A stretch of DNA of 30,788 nt from Chiloscyllium plagiosum. Taxonomy: Eukaryota. The stretch is taken from NCBI RefSeq assembly GCF_004010195.1, contig NC_057751.1:4204961-4235748 (forward strand), in the 5' to 3' direction. Under the pieces are notes generated by a model. It made no database searches. It saw only the letters and a program-made list of their open reading frames with translations, and was not told the DNA's origin. The stretch's first letter is position 1; each line of letters begins with the position of its first letter. A program made the position numbers and the translations under genes. Shown here in pieces: positions 10,152 to 20,459 of this stretch.

Positions 10152-10693
10152 TGTTAGATGAAAAGGTAGAGGATTCGGATCTGTCCTGCAGACACAGAAA
10201 AACACACCTGAAACTGGAAGGAATGCTGCAGCCAAGATTTTTTTCTTATTATGACTGGTATTGTTAACAGGAGCAAGGAAGGATTAGATCACAAAATCCA
10301 CGGTTTGAAAACTGGTGCAAATCACATGGTCATATTCCCAGGCAGTCAATCAGCCTGACCTATCCCAATGTGATGCTGTTGTAGTGACCAAGGAGGAAAC
10401 TTGTTACTCACAATAAAAACTCCCATTTGTAGCATCTATCCCACACTCTTTTCCATACATCAACTTGCAGTGTGTGAGCAATTTTTAAATACCCAAAGAA
10501 ATCAGAGCAGAAGTCGTCCATTCGGCCCATCAAGTCTGCTACACCATTCGAGGATCAGATCATCCTCAACTTCAGTATTCTGTCTGTCACAGAATAAAAT
10601 AAAGATGAGTTAGCTTGAACTGCTGCTTGTAAGGTTTTCAGAGACATTAATGTAACGAAAATCGAATGAAATTGATGTTGAGTGCGGTTGTTA

Positions 10694-11590
10694 AAGAGTC
10701 ATAGAGATGTACAGCATGGAAACAGACCCTTCAGTCCAACCCATCCGTGCTGACCAGATATCCCAACCCGATCTAGTCCCACCTGCCAGCACCCGACCAT
10801 ATCCCTCCAAACCCTTCTTATTCACATGGCAATCGATGTTTCAGGCACAAGCCCTTCTTCATTCCTGAAGAAGGGCTTGTGCCCGAAACATCGATTCTCA
10901 TGCTCCTTGGATGCTGCCTGACCTGCTGCGCTTTTCCAGCAACACATTTTCAGCTCTGATCTCCAGCATCTGCAGTCCTCACTTTCTCTTCCTTCTTATT
11001 CACATACCAAACCAAATACCTCTTAAATGTTGCAATTGTACCAGCCTCCACCACTTCTTCTGGCAGCTCATTCCATACACGTACCACCCTCTGCGTGAAA
11101 AAGTTGCCCCTACGGTCTCTTTTATATCTTTCCCCTAAACCTATGCCCTCTAGTTCTGGACTCCCCGACCCCAGGGAAAAGACCTTATCTATTTACCCTA
11201 TCCATGCACCTCATAATTTTGTAAACCTCTATAAGGTCACCCCTCAGCCTCCAGGGAAAACAGCCCCAGCCTGTTCAGCCTCTCCCTGTAGCTCAGATCC
11301 TCCAACACTGGCAACATCCTTGTAAATCTTTTCTGAACCCTTTCAAGTTTCACAACATCTTTCCGATAGGAAGGAGACCAGAATTGCACGCAATATTCCA
11401 ACAGTGGCCTAACCAATGTCCTGTACAGCCGCAACATGACCTCCTGACTCCTGTACTCAACACTCTGACCAATAAAGGAAAGCATACCACACGCCTTCTT
11501 CACTATTCTATCTGTCTGCATTTCCACTTTCAAGGAGCTATGAACCTGCACTCCAAGGTCTCTTTGTTCAGCAACACACCCTAGGACCTG
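10694..11590 (-). mobile_element. CR1-clade LINE, 5'-truncated, interrupted at 10828..10990
   Basis: Minus-strand ORF DLGVQVHSSLKV...LYRTLVRPLLEYCVQFWSPSYRKDVVKLERVQKRFTRMLP; agagtcatagag tail at the left end. Confidence 0.92.
10828..10990 (+). mobile_element. Penelope-like fold-back element (family B) with hammerhead-like core
   Basis: 31-bp inverted arms (10831..10861 / 10866..10896, one mismatch, 4-nt loop). Core CTGAAGA-a-gggc-ttgt-gccc-GAAA-ca-TC. 15-bp target-site duplication ccttcttattcacat (10813..10827 and 10991..11005). Confidence 0.78.
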
Positions 11591-12094
11591 TTGTACAAAT
11601 CTTGTCAAAATTCCCTCGATGACCAGCCTGACCAGGGAGTAATTGCTCTTGGCCAGAAGGTCTGTGTTTGAGTCCGACCTGCCCAGGACATATACTGTAA
11701 CATAGAAAATAGGGGCAGGAGATAACTATTCAGCCCATCCAGCCTGCTCCACCTTTCATTATGATCATGTCTGATCCCCTACCTGAATGCCATATTCCTC
11801 CTTTCTCTCCATGCCCTTGATGACTACAAAATCTTAAAAAGCATCTGTCTCCTCCCTGATTGTGTTCAGTGGGCCGGCCTCCCCAGCTTCCTGTGGTGGG
11901 GAGTTCCAGAGCCTCACCACTCTCTGAGTGAAGAAACGTTTCCTCATCTCAGTCTGAAGTGGTCTATCCCATATCCCCCTGAGTCTATGTGTCCACTGCT
12001 TCTAGACTCTCCAGATAAAGAAGAGTCCAGCCCTGTTCGAATTTTACAGTTTTCAATCAGATCCCCTCTCATCTTTCTAAACCTGAGAGAATTT

Positions 12095-12235
12095 GAGTTC
12101 TGAGGAAGGGTCACTCGATCTGAAACCTTAACTCTGATTTCTCTCCACAGATACTGCCAAGATCTGCTGAGCTTTTCCAGCAATCCCTGGGGTTTTTTTT
12201 CCTGATTTACAGCATCCACAGTCCTTTTGGATTCC
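12095..12235 (+). mobile_element. Penelope-like terminal fragment (family C) inserted in an old LINE
   Basis: gagtt-CTGAGGA-a-gggtc-actc-gatct-GAAA-cc-TT-aactc; homologous to 6346..6470. Confidence 0.65.
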
Positions 12236-12399
12236 TTGAATGAATACAGGCCCAGTTAAATCAATCTCTCCTCCTAGGACAGTCCAGTCACTGTCGGGAT
12301 CGGTGTGCTGAACCACCACTGCACTCCCAGGAACGGAGACCAAAACTACAAGTGCAGTCTCAGCAACAGCCTGCAGGAAGACATCATCTTTCTGTAGGT

Positions 12400-12990
12400 C
12401 ACAGAGTCATCAATGTTTACAGCTCAGGAAAAAGATACTTTGGCTCATTGAGTCTGCTCCAGTCAAAAACAACCACCTCACTATTTTGAACCCATTTTCC
12501 AGCACATGACTTTTATGTTTTGGCATCACAAGTAGACATGTGAATATATCTTCAATGTAATGATGGTTTCTGCCTCTCCCACCCTTCCATGCAGTGAGTT
12601 CCACACTCCCATCATCCATTTTCATTTCAGTCCCTCTAAATCTCCTGTCCCTTAGCTTAAATTATGCCCCCCCTGGTCACTGATCCCTCCATCAAGGGGA
12701 AAGCTTCCTTCCTGACTAGCCTGTCTGTACCTCTTCATCATTTTTCCCATCTCAATCATGTCCCCTCTCCATCTCCTCTGTTCCAGGGAAAACAACCCCA
12801 GTCTGTCCAATTTCTCTTCATCAGTGAAACTCTCAGCACCAGGTAACATCCTGGTAAATCTCTGTCTGCATGCTCTCCAGTGTTATCACATTCCCTGCTG
12901 TAATGTGGATTCCAGAACTGTACACAGCACTCCAGCTGTGGCAGAACCAACATTTGATACTGTTCCAGCATTAACTCCCTGCTCTTAAAC
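12400..12990 (-). mobile_element. Degenerate CR1-type LINE 3' fragment
   Basis: Frameshifted minus-strand remnants LECCVQFWNPHY and MLPGAESFTDEEKLDRLGLFSLEQRRWRGDMIE. Confidence 0.8.
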
Positions 12991-13137
12991 CCTACACCTC
13001 AGTTAATTAACGCCAGTGTCCTATTTTGAATCTGCACCAGTCAAAACAACCATCTGACCATTCGAATTGCATCTTCCAGTGCTCAGCCCATCCAGCACAC
13101 ACCCAAAATTTTAATTCTGCTTTCAGCCCACTGAAAG

Positions 13138-13468
13138 GGTGGCATGGTGGCTCAGGGGTCAGCACTGCTGTCTCATAGCTCCAGGGATCCAGGTTCAATC
13201 CCAGCCTCTGGTGAGCGTCTGTGTGGAGTTTGCATGTTCTCCCTGTGTCTGTGCAGGTTTACTCCTGGTGCTCCAGTTTCCTCCCACAGTCCAAAGATTG
13301 GCAGGTTAGTTGGATTCGTCATGCTAAGTCGCCCCTCGTGTCCAGGGATGTGCAGGATAGCCATGGGAAATGCAGAGTTATAGGGTGGAGGGCTTTGGTG
13401 TGGTTGGGATTCTCTTTGGAGGGTTGATGTGGGCTGAATGGCCTACTTTGACGCTACAGGGGTTCTCT
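13138..13468 (+). mobile_element. tRNA-derived HE1/V-SINE-type SINE, near full length
   Basis: A-box-like tggctcagggg, B-box-like ggttcaatccc, then V-domain core gtgtggagtttgcatgttctccctgtgtctg...cccacagtccaaagat. Confidence 0.88.
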
Positions 13469-13591
13469 GATGCCAGACCTGCTGAGCTTTTCCAGCAATT
13501 TCTGATTTCCACCCAGTGCCTCTTGAACCATTTTATCAACATGCCCTGATACTCTCAGGGACAGGATGGCGGACACATCAACTATTCCCTA

Positions 13592-13797
13592 GTCGGGAGT
13601 GTGGTGCTGGAAGAGCACAGCAGGTCAGGCAGCATCGAAGGAGCTGGATAATCAATGTTTCAGGCACAAGCCCTTTCATCGGGAATCTGATCCCTCATTT
13701 GCCTGAAACGTTGAATCTCCTGCTCCACACCTGCTGTGCTTTCCCAGCACCACACTCTCGAATCTGATCTCCAGCATCTGCAGTCCTCACTTCCTCC
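13592..13797. mobile_element. Degenerate Penelope-like fold-back element (family B)
   Basis: gagtgtggtgctggaagagcacagcagg and cctgctgtgctttcccagcaccacactc are inverted arms. The tail ctccagcatctgcagtcctcactt is shared with 10960..10988. Another copy lies on the minus strand at about 30687..30785. Confidence 0.7.
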
Positions 13798-13999
13798 AAG
13801 TATTCCCTGGTGTTTGTTTGTGCTGTGGCAGCAGGTTGTGGTGGAAGGTAGCCATCGCGGTGCAGTTATTGATTGATGTGTTTCTCTGGGGTGTGTTTGT
13901 GTTTGTGTTTGAACAGGGCCATCCCAGGGAACTCTCAGGGACTGAGGGAGACTGGGTTCACTCTCTCTCTGAGTGAGTGAGTGAGTGTGTGTGTGTGGA

Positions 14000-14157
14000 C
14001 CCAGACCAGGAGAGGGCGCGCTCGAGCTGTCTCTGCGCGAGTGTGTGAGTGAGGGAGGGACGGGGGCGCGCAGGAGGGCCGCGCGGGAGGGCGCGCCCCC
14101 GGCACAACACTCGCTGGTATTCTCGCGAGATCGGGGACGCGGAGGCAAGATGGCGGC
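14000..14157 (+). promoter_or_regulatory. ASH2L CpG-island promoter with TCTCGCGAGA palindrome and YY1 motif
   Basis: CpG-dense stretch. TCTCGCGAGA (BANP/ZBTB33-type housekeeping motif) at 14121..14130. CAAGATGGCGGC (YY1 consensus) at 14146..14157 overlaps the ATG. Confidence 0.7.
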
Positions 14158-14206
14158 GGCGGCAGCGGCGGGAGGAGAGAGCCCGGGAACCGGAGCGACG
14201 TCAACC
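14150..14206 (+). CDS. ASH2L: ASH2L coding exon 1 (5' part; cut off by assembly gap)
   Basis: AAGATGG Kozak context. MAAAAAAGGESPGTGATST is an Ala/Gly-rich start like vertebrate ASH2L (MAAAG...). It sits in a CpG island upstream of unambiguous ASH2L exons on the same strand, but the link crosses a gap. Confidence 0.75.
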
Positions 14207-14706
14207 NNNNNNNNNNNNNNNNNNNNNNNNNNNNNNNNNNNNNNNNNNNNNNNNNNNNNNNNNNNNNNNNNNNNNNNNNNNNNNNNNNNNNNNNNNNNNN
14301 NNNNNNNNNNNNNNNNNNNNNNNNNNNNNNNNNNNNNNNNNNNNNNNNNNNNNNNNNNNNNNNNNNNNNNNNNNNNNNNNNNNNNNNNNNNNNNNNNNNN
14401 NNNNNNNNNNNNNNNNNNNNNNNNNNNNNNNNNNNNNNNNNNNNNNNNNNNNNNNNNNNNNNNNNNNNNNNNNNNNNNNNNNNNNNNNNNNNNNNNNNNN
14501 NNNNNNNNNNNNNNNNNNNNNNNNNNNNNNNNNNNNNNNNNNNNNNNNNNNNNNNNNNNNNNNNNNNNNNNNNNNNNNNNNNNNNNNNNNNNNNNNNNNN
14601 NNNNNNNNNNNNNNNNNNNNNNNNNNNNNNNNNNNNNNNNNNNNNNNNNNNNNNNNNNNNNNNNNNNNNNNNNNNNNNNNNNNNNNNNNNNNNNNNNNNN
14701 NNNNNN
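14207..14706. other. Assembly gap (500 N)
   Basis: Run of exactly 500 n characters. Confidence 1.
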
Positions 14707-16513
14707 TGGGTCAAAGTCCCTTTCCAGCAGTAATGTAGGTCTTTGTACACCCTAATAACTGCAGTGGTTCAAAGGAAGCAGCTCAGCACAATCTCCTCAA
14801 GTGCACTTGAGGGTGGGTGATAAATGCTGGCCCAGCCAGTGATGGCCATGCATGAATATCTTTGAAAAATCAAAATGCATCACATCAGAGCCGCTGTATC
14901 ACTTGTGCATTTGTGTCTCCTGGCCTGAGGCTGTGGGGTTTGGGGCTGGGGTGGGGGAGCTTGTCCCAGAATGGTCTTTGGACCCAGAGTGGGACATGTC
15001 TCCAAAATCAGCAATGGAGCACAGACTGTGTGATTGCTGCAGTCATCTGTCTCAGCTCTGAGCAAGGGTTGGATTCAGGTCCGGATGGATTCACAACAGC
15101 AGGGAACGGCCAAGTACTGGCAACAGAGGCTGGCCAGCTAACTACACTTGTAAATTGTGTCCTTGGTCATTTTGTTATCTGGAGGCCAGTGTTTACATTG
15201 AAATTACCAGAGCTGGCTGATACGGAACACGATTTAAAACCGGTTTGGATAGGGACAGAAATACGAAAGGTTTGGAGGGATTTGGGCCAAACCCAGGCAA
15301 GTGGAACCAGTTTAATTTGGATCGAGGGGTCTGATTCCCTACAAATGAGTCGATGACTAACCAGCACAACTGAAATTACTGCAGAAGGGCCTGCAGTTCC
15401 TCAGACTGTGCCTCTGAGGATAAGGAAGACACTTACGGTGAGCTGGGGCTGGGTTCCCAAAATGAAGAAATGACGAGGGAGACCATGCGACCATTGCGTT
15501 CCTGTGCGATCCCACATTATAAGAGAATGTTGTAATAGCAGCACCATTCCAACCAATGACACCACAATCATGTGATACCCAATAGGTGGAAGGAAAGTTC
15601 ACGTTCTACATATCATGGTCGAAAGTCTTCAATAGTGTTATAGCCAATTCACGTCGATGAAAGATGCATTGTGGCAGAACCGTCTGTACTTCTGTTAAGC
15701 TCCTATTGCTGACATTGTTTGCACTCAAGTGTCCCTCCCTCCCAACTTCAACAGTATTGTGGTCCTCCAAATGCTGGCACTATCAGTAATGATTACATGC
15801 ATTCACACTGCACATTTAAAACTGAGGTCACCCTGAGGAACCTAAACGCTAGGTCATCGAGAGCACTCTTCAAGGCAGGGAGAGAGGCGGAGACACTTAA
15901 ACATGGAAATTGTAAATAATCCAGTGATTAAAGTTGGGGATATCCATGAGCTAAAAATGACCACAACACACACATGTCAATGGGGTACAAGCCTACAGGA
16001 AGTAGAAGCAAGGGGCTGCAATTTGTGAGATTTAAACTTGCAATTTGCATTGCTGGGTCTACAATTCTGATTGAACTGGGAGCAGAAGGACACAGGAGAG
16101 CAAGGGATGACCCCACAAGTTACCTCCTTCCTCTCATTGCTACTTTCCCCCTGCCTTCCTCCAGACAGCCCAATCCTTCCTCTCCTTGCACACCTCCTGC
16201 TTCCCTATCCCAGGGTTCTGGGACACCACTTTGAATAGTTTTGCATTTTGAAAATAGCTACGCAATGTAAGCAGCTATCTTTGGAGAGAGTAATGGTGGC
16301 AGGGGGATAGGCAAGGTGCCCAACCTACTCCTGAAACACTCTCTGCTGTCAAGACCCAGCAAGTTACAGTTAGCTTTTCTGCCAACATGGGCATGTGATA
16401 ACATTATAAATCCTCTGTAGTGTTCATTATTTATTTCTTGTGTGTCACGATGAATGATATGAGGCTTCACTTAAAACCCCTGTTCTTGCATCTGGCCCTG
16501 TTATTTTCTGCAG

Positions 16514-16609
16514 GATATTATACCTTTCATTGACAAATATTGGGAATGTTTAACGACTCGACAGCGACCTAGCAAGATCACTTGGCCAAACAACATTGTG
16601 AAGACCATG
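16514..16609 (+). CDS. ASH2L: ASH2L internal exon (winged-helix region)
   Basis: ttttctgcag|GAT...ATG|gtgagt; 96 nt; [32 protein letters not shown] matches ASH2L. Missing from the ORF track. Confidence 0.96.
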
Positions 16610-16964
16610 GTGAGTGCATTCTCCACTGAATGCAATCTTATTTGTGGCTGGAGTTTAGTTTTGTAAAATACGATGAGTGTTGTGACCTGGTACTGAAACA
16701 TTATTGTCGTATTTGAACAGTGAAGGTTAAGGCGTGTATCTGATCGTGGAGCAATACTGTGTGGTTACTGGGATCTCAGTTGTGCTGACTGTTGAGAAAT
16801 ACTTGTGTTATTTCCATTTGAGCTGCAGTGAAGCTCAGTCGGGCAGTTTTACTCTTGGGGGCACAGCACTGCACTGCAGACAGGACATCTGGCTGTGCTC
16901 ATAGTGTGGCCCATGGGGTGTGACAGCAAAGCATTCCAAACCAGTTGGATCCTGCTCCAGAAGC

Positions 16965-17115
16965 AAGCCCTCAGAATTCCAGACTGATACTCCAGTGTTG
17001 TACTGAGGGAGTGCTGTGCTGTTCGGAGGCGGGTGGGAGACATCAAACCCATGGCCCTTTTTGCCCTCTAGATCAGAGGTACAATGACTTGATTTTGAAC
17101 AAGAGGGGAGGAGTT
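16965..17115 (+). mobile_element. Ancient Deu-domain SINE-like fragment (SacSINE1/AmnSINE type)
   Basis: ctgatactccagtgttgtactgagggagtgctgtgctgttcggagg resembles the Deu-SINE core as recalled; not aligned. Confidence 0.55.
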
Positions 17116-17481
17116 GAAGCAGTTCTTGTTCAGTGGTGTATTATCACTTTTGCAACATCTGGAAGCCTTTAAATTGTGCCTTGGAATAGCACATTCCTCT
17201 TTTGTACTTGTGGCACAGACTTGCAAATGGAAATGAAGGGGCTGTCTAACGGTATGACCTTGTGCATTGTCCACCCTCTTTCTCCACCCTGTAGTCCTAC
17301 AGCACGGAGACATATCCTTTGGCCTGAAATGGTCCATGCTGACCAAAATGTCCATCAAGGCTCACACCATTTCCCTGCACTTGGCCCATATCCTTCTAAT
17401 CCTCTCCTGTCCATGTATTTGTCCAAATGCCTTTTAAATGTTGTTAATGTACCCAACCTTTGTATTCCTCTGAAATTTCAG

Positions 17482-17577
17482 ACCAAAGAGCGGGATGTGT
17501 TTCTGGTCAAGGAGAATCCCGATCCAGGCAGCAAGGATCCTCAGGAAGACTACCCCAAGTTTGGCTTGCTCGACCAG
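17482..17577 (+). CDS. ASH2L: ASH2L internal exon
   Basis: tttcag|ACC...CAG|gtaaga; 96 nt; [32 protein letters not shown]. Confidence 0.96.
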
Positions 17578-17621
17578 GTAAGAGGCTAGCTTATGTCTAA
17601 GAGAACAAGAGAGATACTGTG

Positions 17622-17970
17622 TAGCATATTGGCTCAGTGGTTAACACGGCTACTAAACATCACCCAGGACCCAGGTTCGATTCCAGCCTCAGGCGACTGC
17701 CTGTGTGCAGTTTGCACATTCTTCCCATGTCTTCGTGGGTTTCCTCCGGGTGCTCAGGTTTCTCCCTATCGTCCAAAGATGTGCAGGTTAGGTGGGCTGG
17801 GACATTCCCCTGTAGTATTCAGGGATGTGTGGTTTGGCTGGATTTCCCATTGGAAATGCAGGATTACACAGAGAGGGCAGAGTTGGGATGTGTCTCGAGG
17901 GGATGCTGTATGGAGGGTTGGTGTGGACTTGATGGGCTAAAGGCCTCGTTCCACACTGTATGGATTCGAT
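17622..17970 (+). mobile_element. tRNA-derived HE1/V-SINE-type SINE
   Basis: tggctcagtgg...ggttcgattcc boxes and V-domain core; homologous to 13138..13468. Confidence 0.87.
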
Positions 17971-19074
17971 GAGTGGAGCACACTCTTAAAGCAGTGTCAG
18001 TATTCAGAGCAGTGATGCCATGTTAGCCTGACATTTAGACTGCAACAACATGGAGTTCTACCCCCCCCCCTTACTTGTAAGACTGATGGCATCCAGCATG
18101 AGAAAGGATATTCTTGAGGCAGGAATGAGGTTGGCAGGTTGTTCAGCAAGAGTGATTCATGGAGCGAATCCCCTTTGTCCAAACTTGCAAAGAATGGTGG
18201 GTCATCACATTGAAACGCACGCAGTTACTGGAGGGTGAGATGTGGTGGATTTTCAAAGGCTGTCGAACTCACGAAGGAGAAACCTAGAACAGTACGCTGT
18301 CATCTCACGGTTAGGCAGTCAGCCCTATCATACTGAAATGTGCAGTCAGTTGCGTGGCTTTGGAATTGTCTAACCCGGACAGCAGGAGCTGCTCAGATGT
18401 TGAGTGTAAGAGTGAGATCAACAGTCATTTGGTACTTCGATGGGGGGTGCTGAGAGCTATGGTGAGGAACTGGGAAAGTGAGGTTAATATAGAAATTCAA
18501 TAAGGATCTTAGTAAAGCAATGCTGCTGGCTGACAGGGTTCCATAGGATGCTACTCTTCAGCAGTTCACAGAACACCCGAAGTAGGAGGTGGCGTTCAGA
18601 GCTGGGCACCAGGGCAGGCAACTGTTGGGAATTAAACTGTAATCATTGGGTATCAAGTCAGTAGGAATAACCTTAAACTGATTGCTTCAAATATCAGTTT
18701 TAAAAAACAGTTAGATAGACTATGAAAGTTCAAACACTCCGACAAATGGCTTTTTTTATGTTTTGTCTTTTACAGGTGTGAGTGCTTTGTGTTTTTTTTT
18801 ATGAGTGAATTGATATTTAACTATCTCCCATATTGATGTATCCTTCAGTTGTGTAATCTGTGCTGCGACTTTACTCTTTGGTCACGAAACATTGATGTAT
18901 TAGCCATAAATGTTCAATGGAGGAAGAAGACCATGAACAATAGAAATTGTACAAATATTTAGTTTGAGAGCTATTGCCTTACAGAAGAGTATTCTGAATT
19001 TTATTCCCTCATGACCAATTGTCCTTGGTCAGTGTTTCAAGCAGACCCGCACCATTTTAATAACCATCTTCAAT

Positions 19075-19547
19075 AATGTCATGGAATAATCCCCACTTGC
19101 CTGGATGGTGCAGCTGCAGCAACACCTTCCAGAGCAAAGCAGCCCACTTGATGAGCACCACATCCACAGGCAGCCACTTCCTCCACCACTAACTTTCTGT
19201 AGCAACAGTGTGTACCATGTACAAGATGCACTGCAGAAATACACCACGGCTCCTGAGACAGCAGCCTCTCAACCCAAAATCTCTACTGTCTAGCAGATCA
19301 TGGCAGCATATATATTGGAAAATTCCCCTCCAAGCCACTCACCTTCCTGACTTGGAAATGTATCGCCGTTCCTTCACTGGTGCTGGGTCAAAATCTTGGA
19401 ATTCCCTCCCTAAGGGCATTGTGGGATTACCAACTGTGGTACAAGAAAGCAGCTAACTACCACCATGTCAAGGGGCATCTAGGGATGGGCAATATATGCT
19501 GGGCCCAGTCAGCGATGCCCTCGTCCCATGAATTAATCAAAAAAAAA
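19075..19547 (+). mobile_element. 3' fragment of a different non-LTR LINE family ending in an A-rich tail
   Basis: Tail aagcagct...caccatgtcaaggggcatctagggatgggcaatatatgctgggcccag...aaaaaaaaa is shared with about 270..365 and 14710..14870. Confidence 0.7.
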
Positions 19548-19599
19548 CCTTAGCATCCATCTCATGGACTCTTGTTGATTTTGCCTGACTCTGCATTGC

Positions 19600-19790
19600 T
19601 TCAGTTAAAGTGTTGCCGAAACTCTTATCAATGCTCGTGTACCTTCAGTATTGATCATTCCAGTGAATGTTTGACTGGCCTCTCCCATATTCTACAGAAC
19701 TGACATGATCCAAACCCACAGCTGAACAAGTCCTGCTCACCTGTCATCCCTGTGGTTGCTGACTGACACTTCCTCCCCATCATTACAAGC
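19600..19790 (+). mobile_element. Degenerate L2-like LINE fragment
   Basis: Decayed resemblance to the L2 ORF2 C-terminus (AETLI.A....LTGLP...PVIPV.ADxHxLP); a probable continuation lies near 20085..20125. Confidence 0.5.
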
Positions 19791-20383
19791 TCTGTAGTGA
19801 CCGCTGACATTTAAAGAGAAACTTTAGAGAAAATCCCACAGGAAGAATAAAATCACAAGGATTCAGGTTTAAAATAATGCCTTTTATTTCCCACAAAACA
19901 CATGAAGGGACTGCGACAGTACTAACATGAGTACTAACACTTGGCATCAGAAAACATCTTGAAACCTGCTGACATGTACATTGACGAGAAACTTTCTTTT
20001 CTGAATGTTATCTTTTACCCACTCCCGCTAAAAGTGACACCAAATGAGTTTGACACAGATCTCAAAGAGAGAGTTCTCATCCATGTTTGTCAAATCCCTC
20101 CATGGCATCAGCCCTCATGACCTCCACACTTAAAAATGACTCCCAAAAAATAATTCTCTGCAGCTATCAGAAGCTTCCACCTCAGGAATAAAAACAGCTG
20201 AAGTGAAATAATGATGCACTTTAGTTTTCACATAGAATGTTGAGATCTACCATGGAACCTCCCAGTTCAAGAGAAGGCCTTTAGATCTTTCATTCCTCGA
20301 GCCGCACAGTCACATGCTTGAACTCTGAATGTTGTGTTTTGCTAACCTGAAACTGGCTTGCTGCTTGAAACTCTCTCTCCTAG

Positions 20384-20459
20384 GATCTTTCTAATATCGG
20401 TCCAGCGTACGACACACAGAAGCAAGGTGGATCCTTGACCCCAGGAAGCAATCTTAATG
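20384..20459 (+). CDS. ASH2L: ASH2L internal exon
   Basis: ctctctctcctag|GAT...AAT G|gtatgt; 76 nt, phase 0 to 1; DLSNIGPAYDTQKQGGSLTPGSNLN. Confidence 0.94.

Noticed and set aside
12905..12912. Extra FoxH1 consensus TGTGGATT (also AATCCACA near 29444)
   Set aside because: Inside LINE or SINE remnants with no supporting context.
13138..13215. tRNA-like A and B boxes (also near 17630 and 29560)
   Set aside because: Heads of tRNA-derived SINEs continuing into a V-domain core, not tRNA genes.
13935..14755. Long ORFs of 229-271 aa
   Set aside because: Artefacts of translating through 500 Ns.
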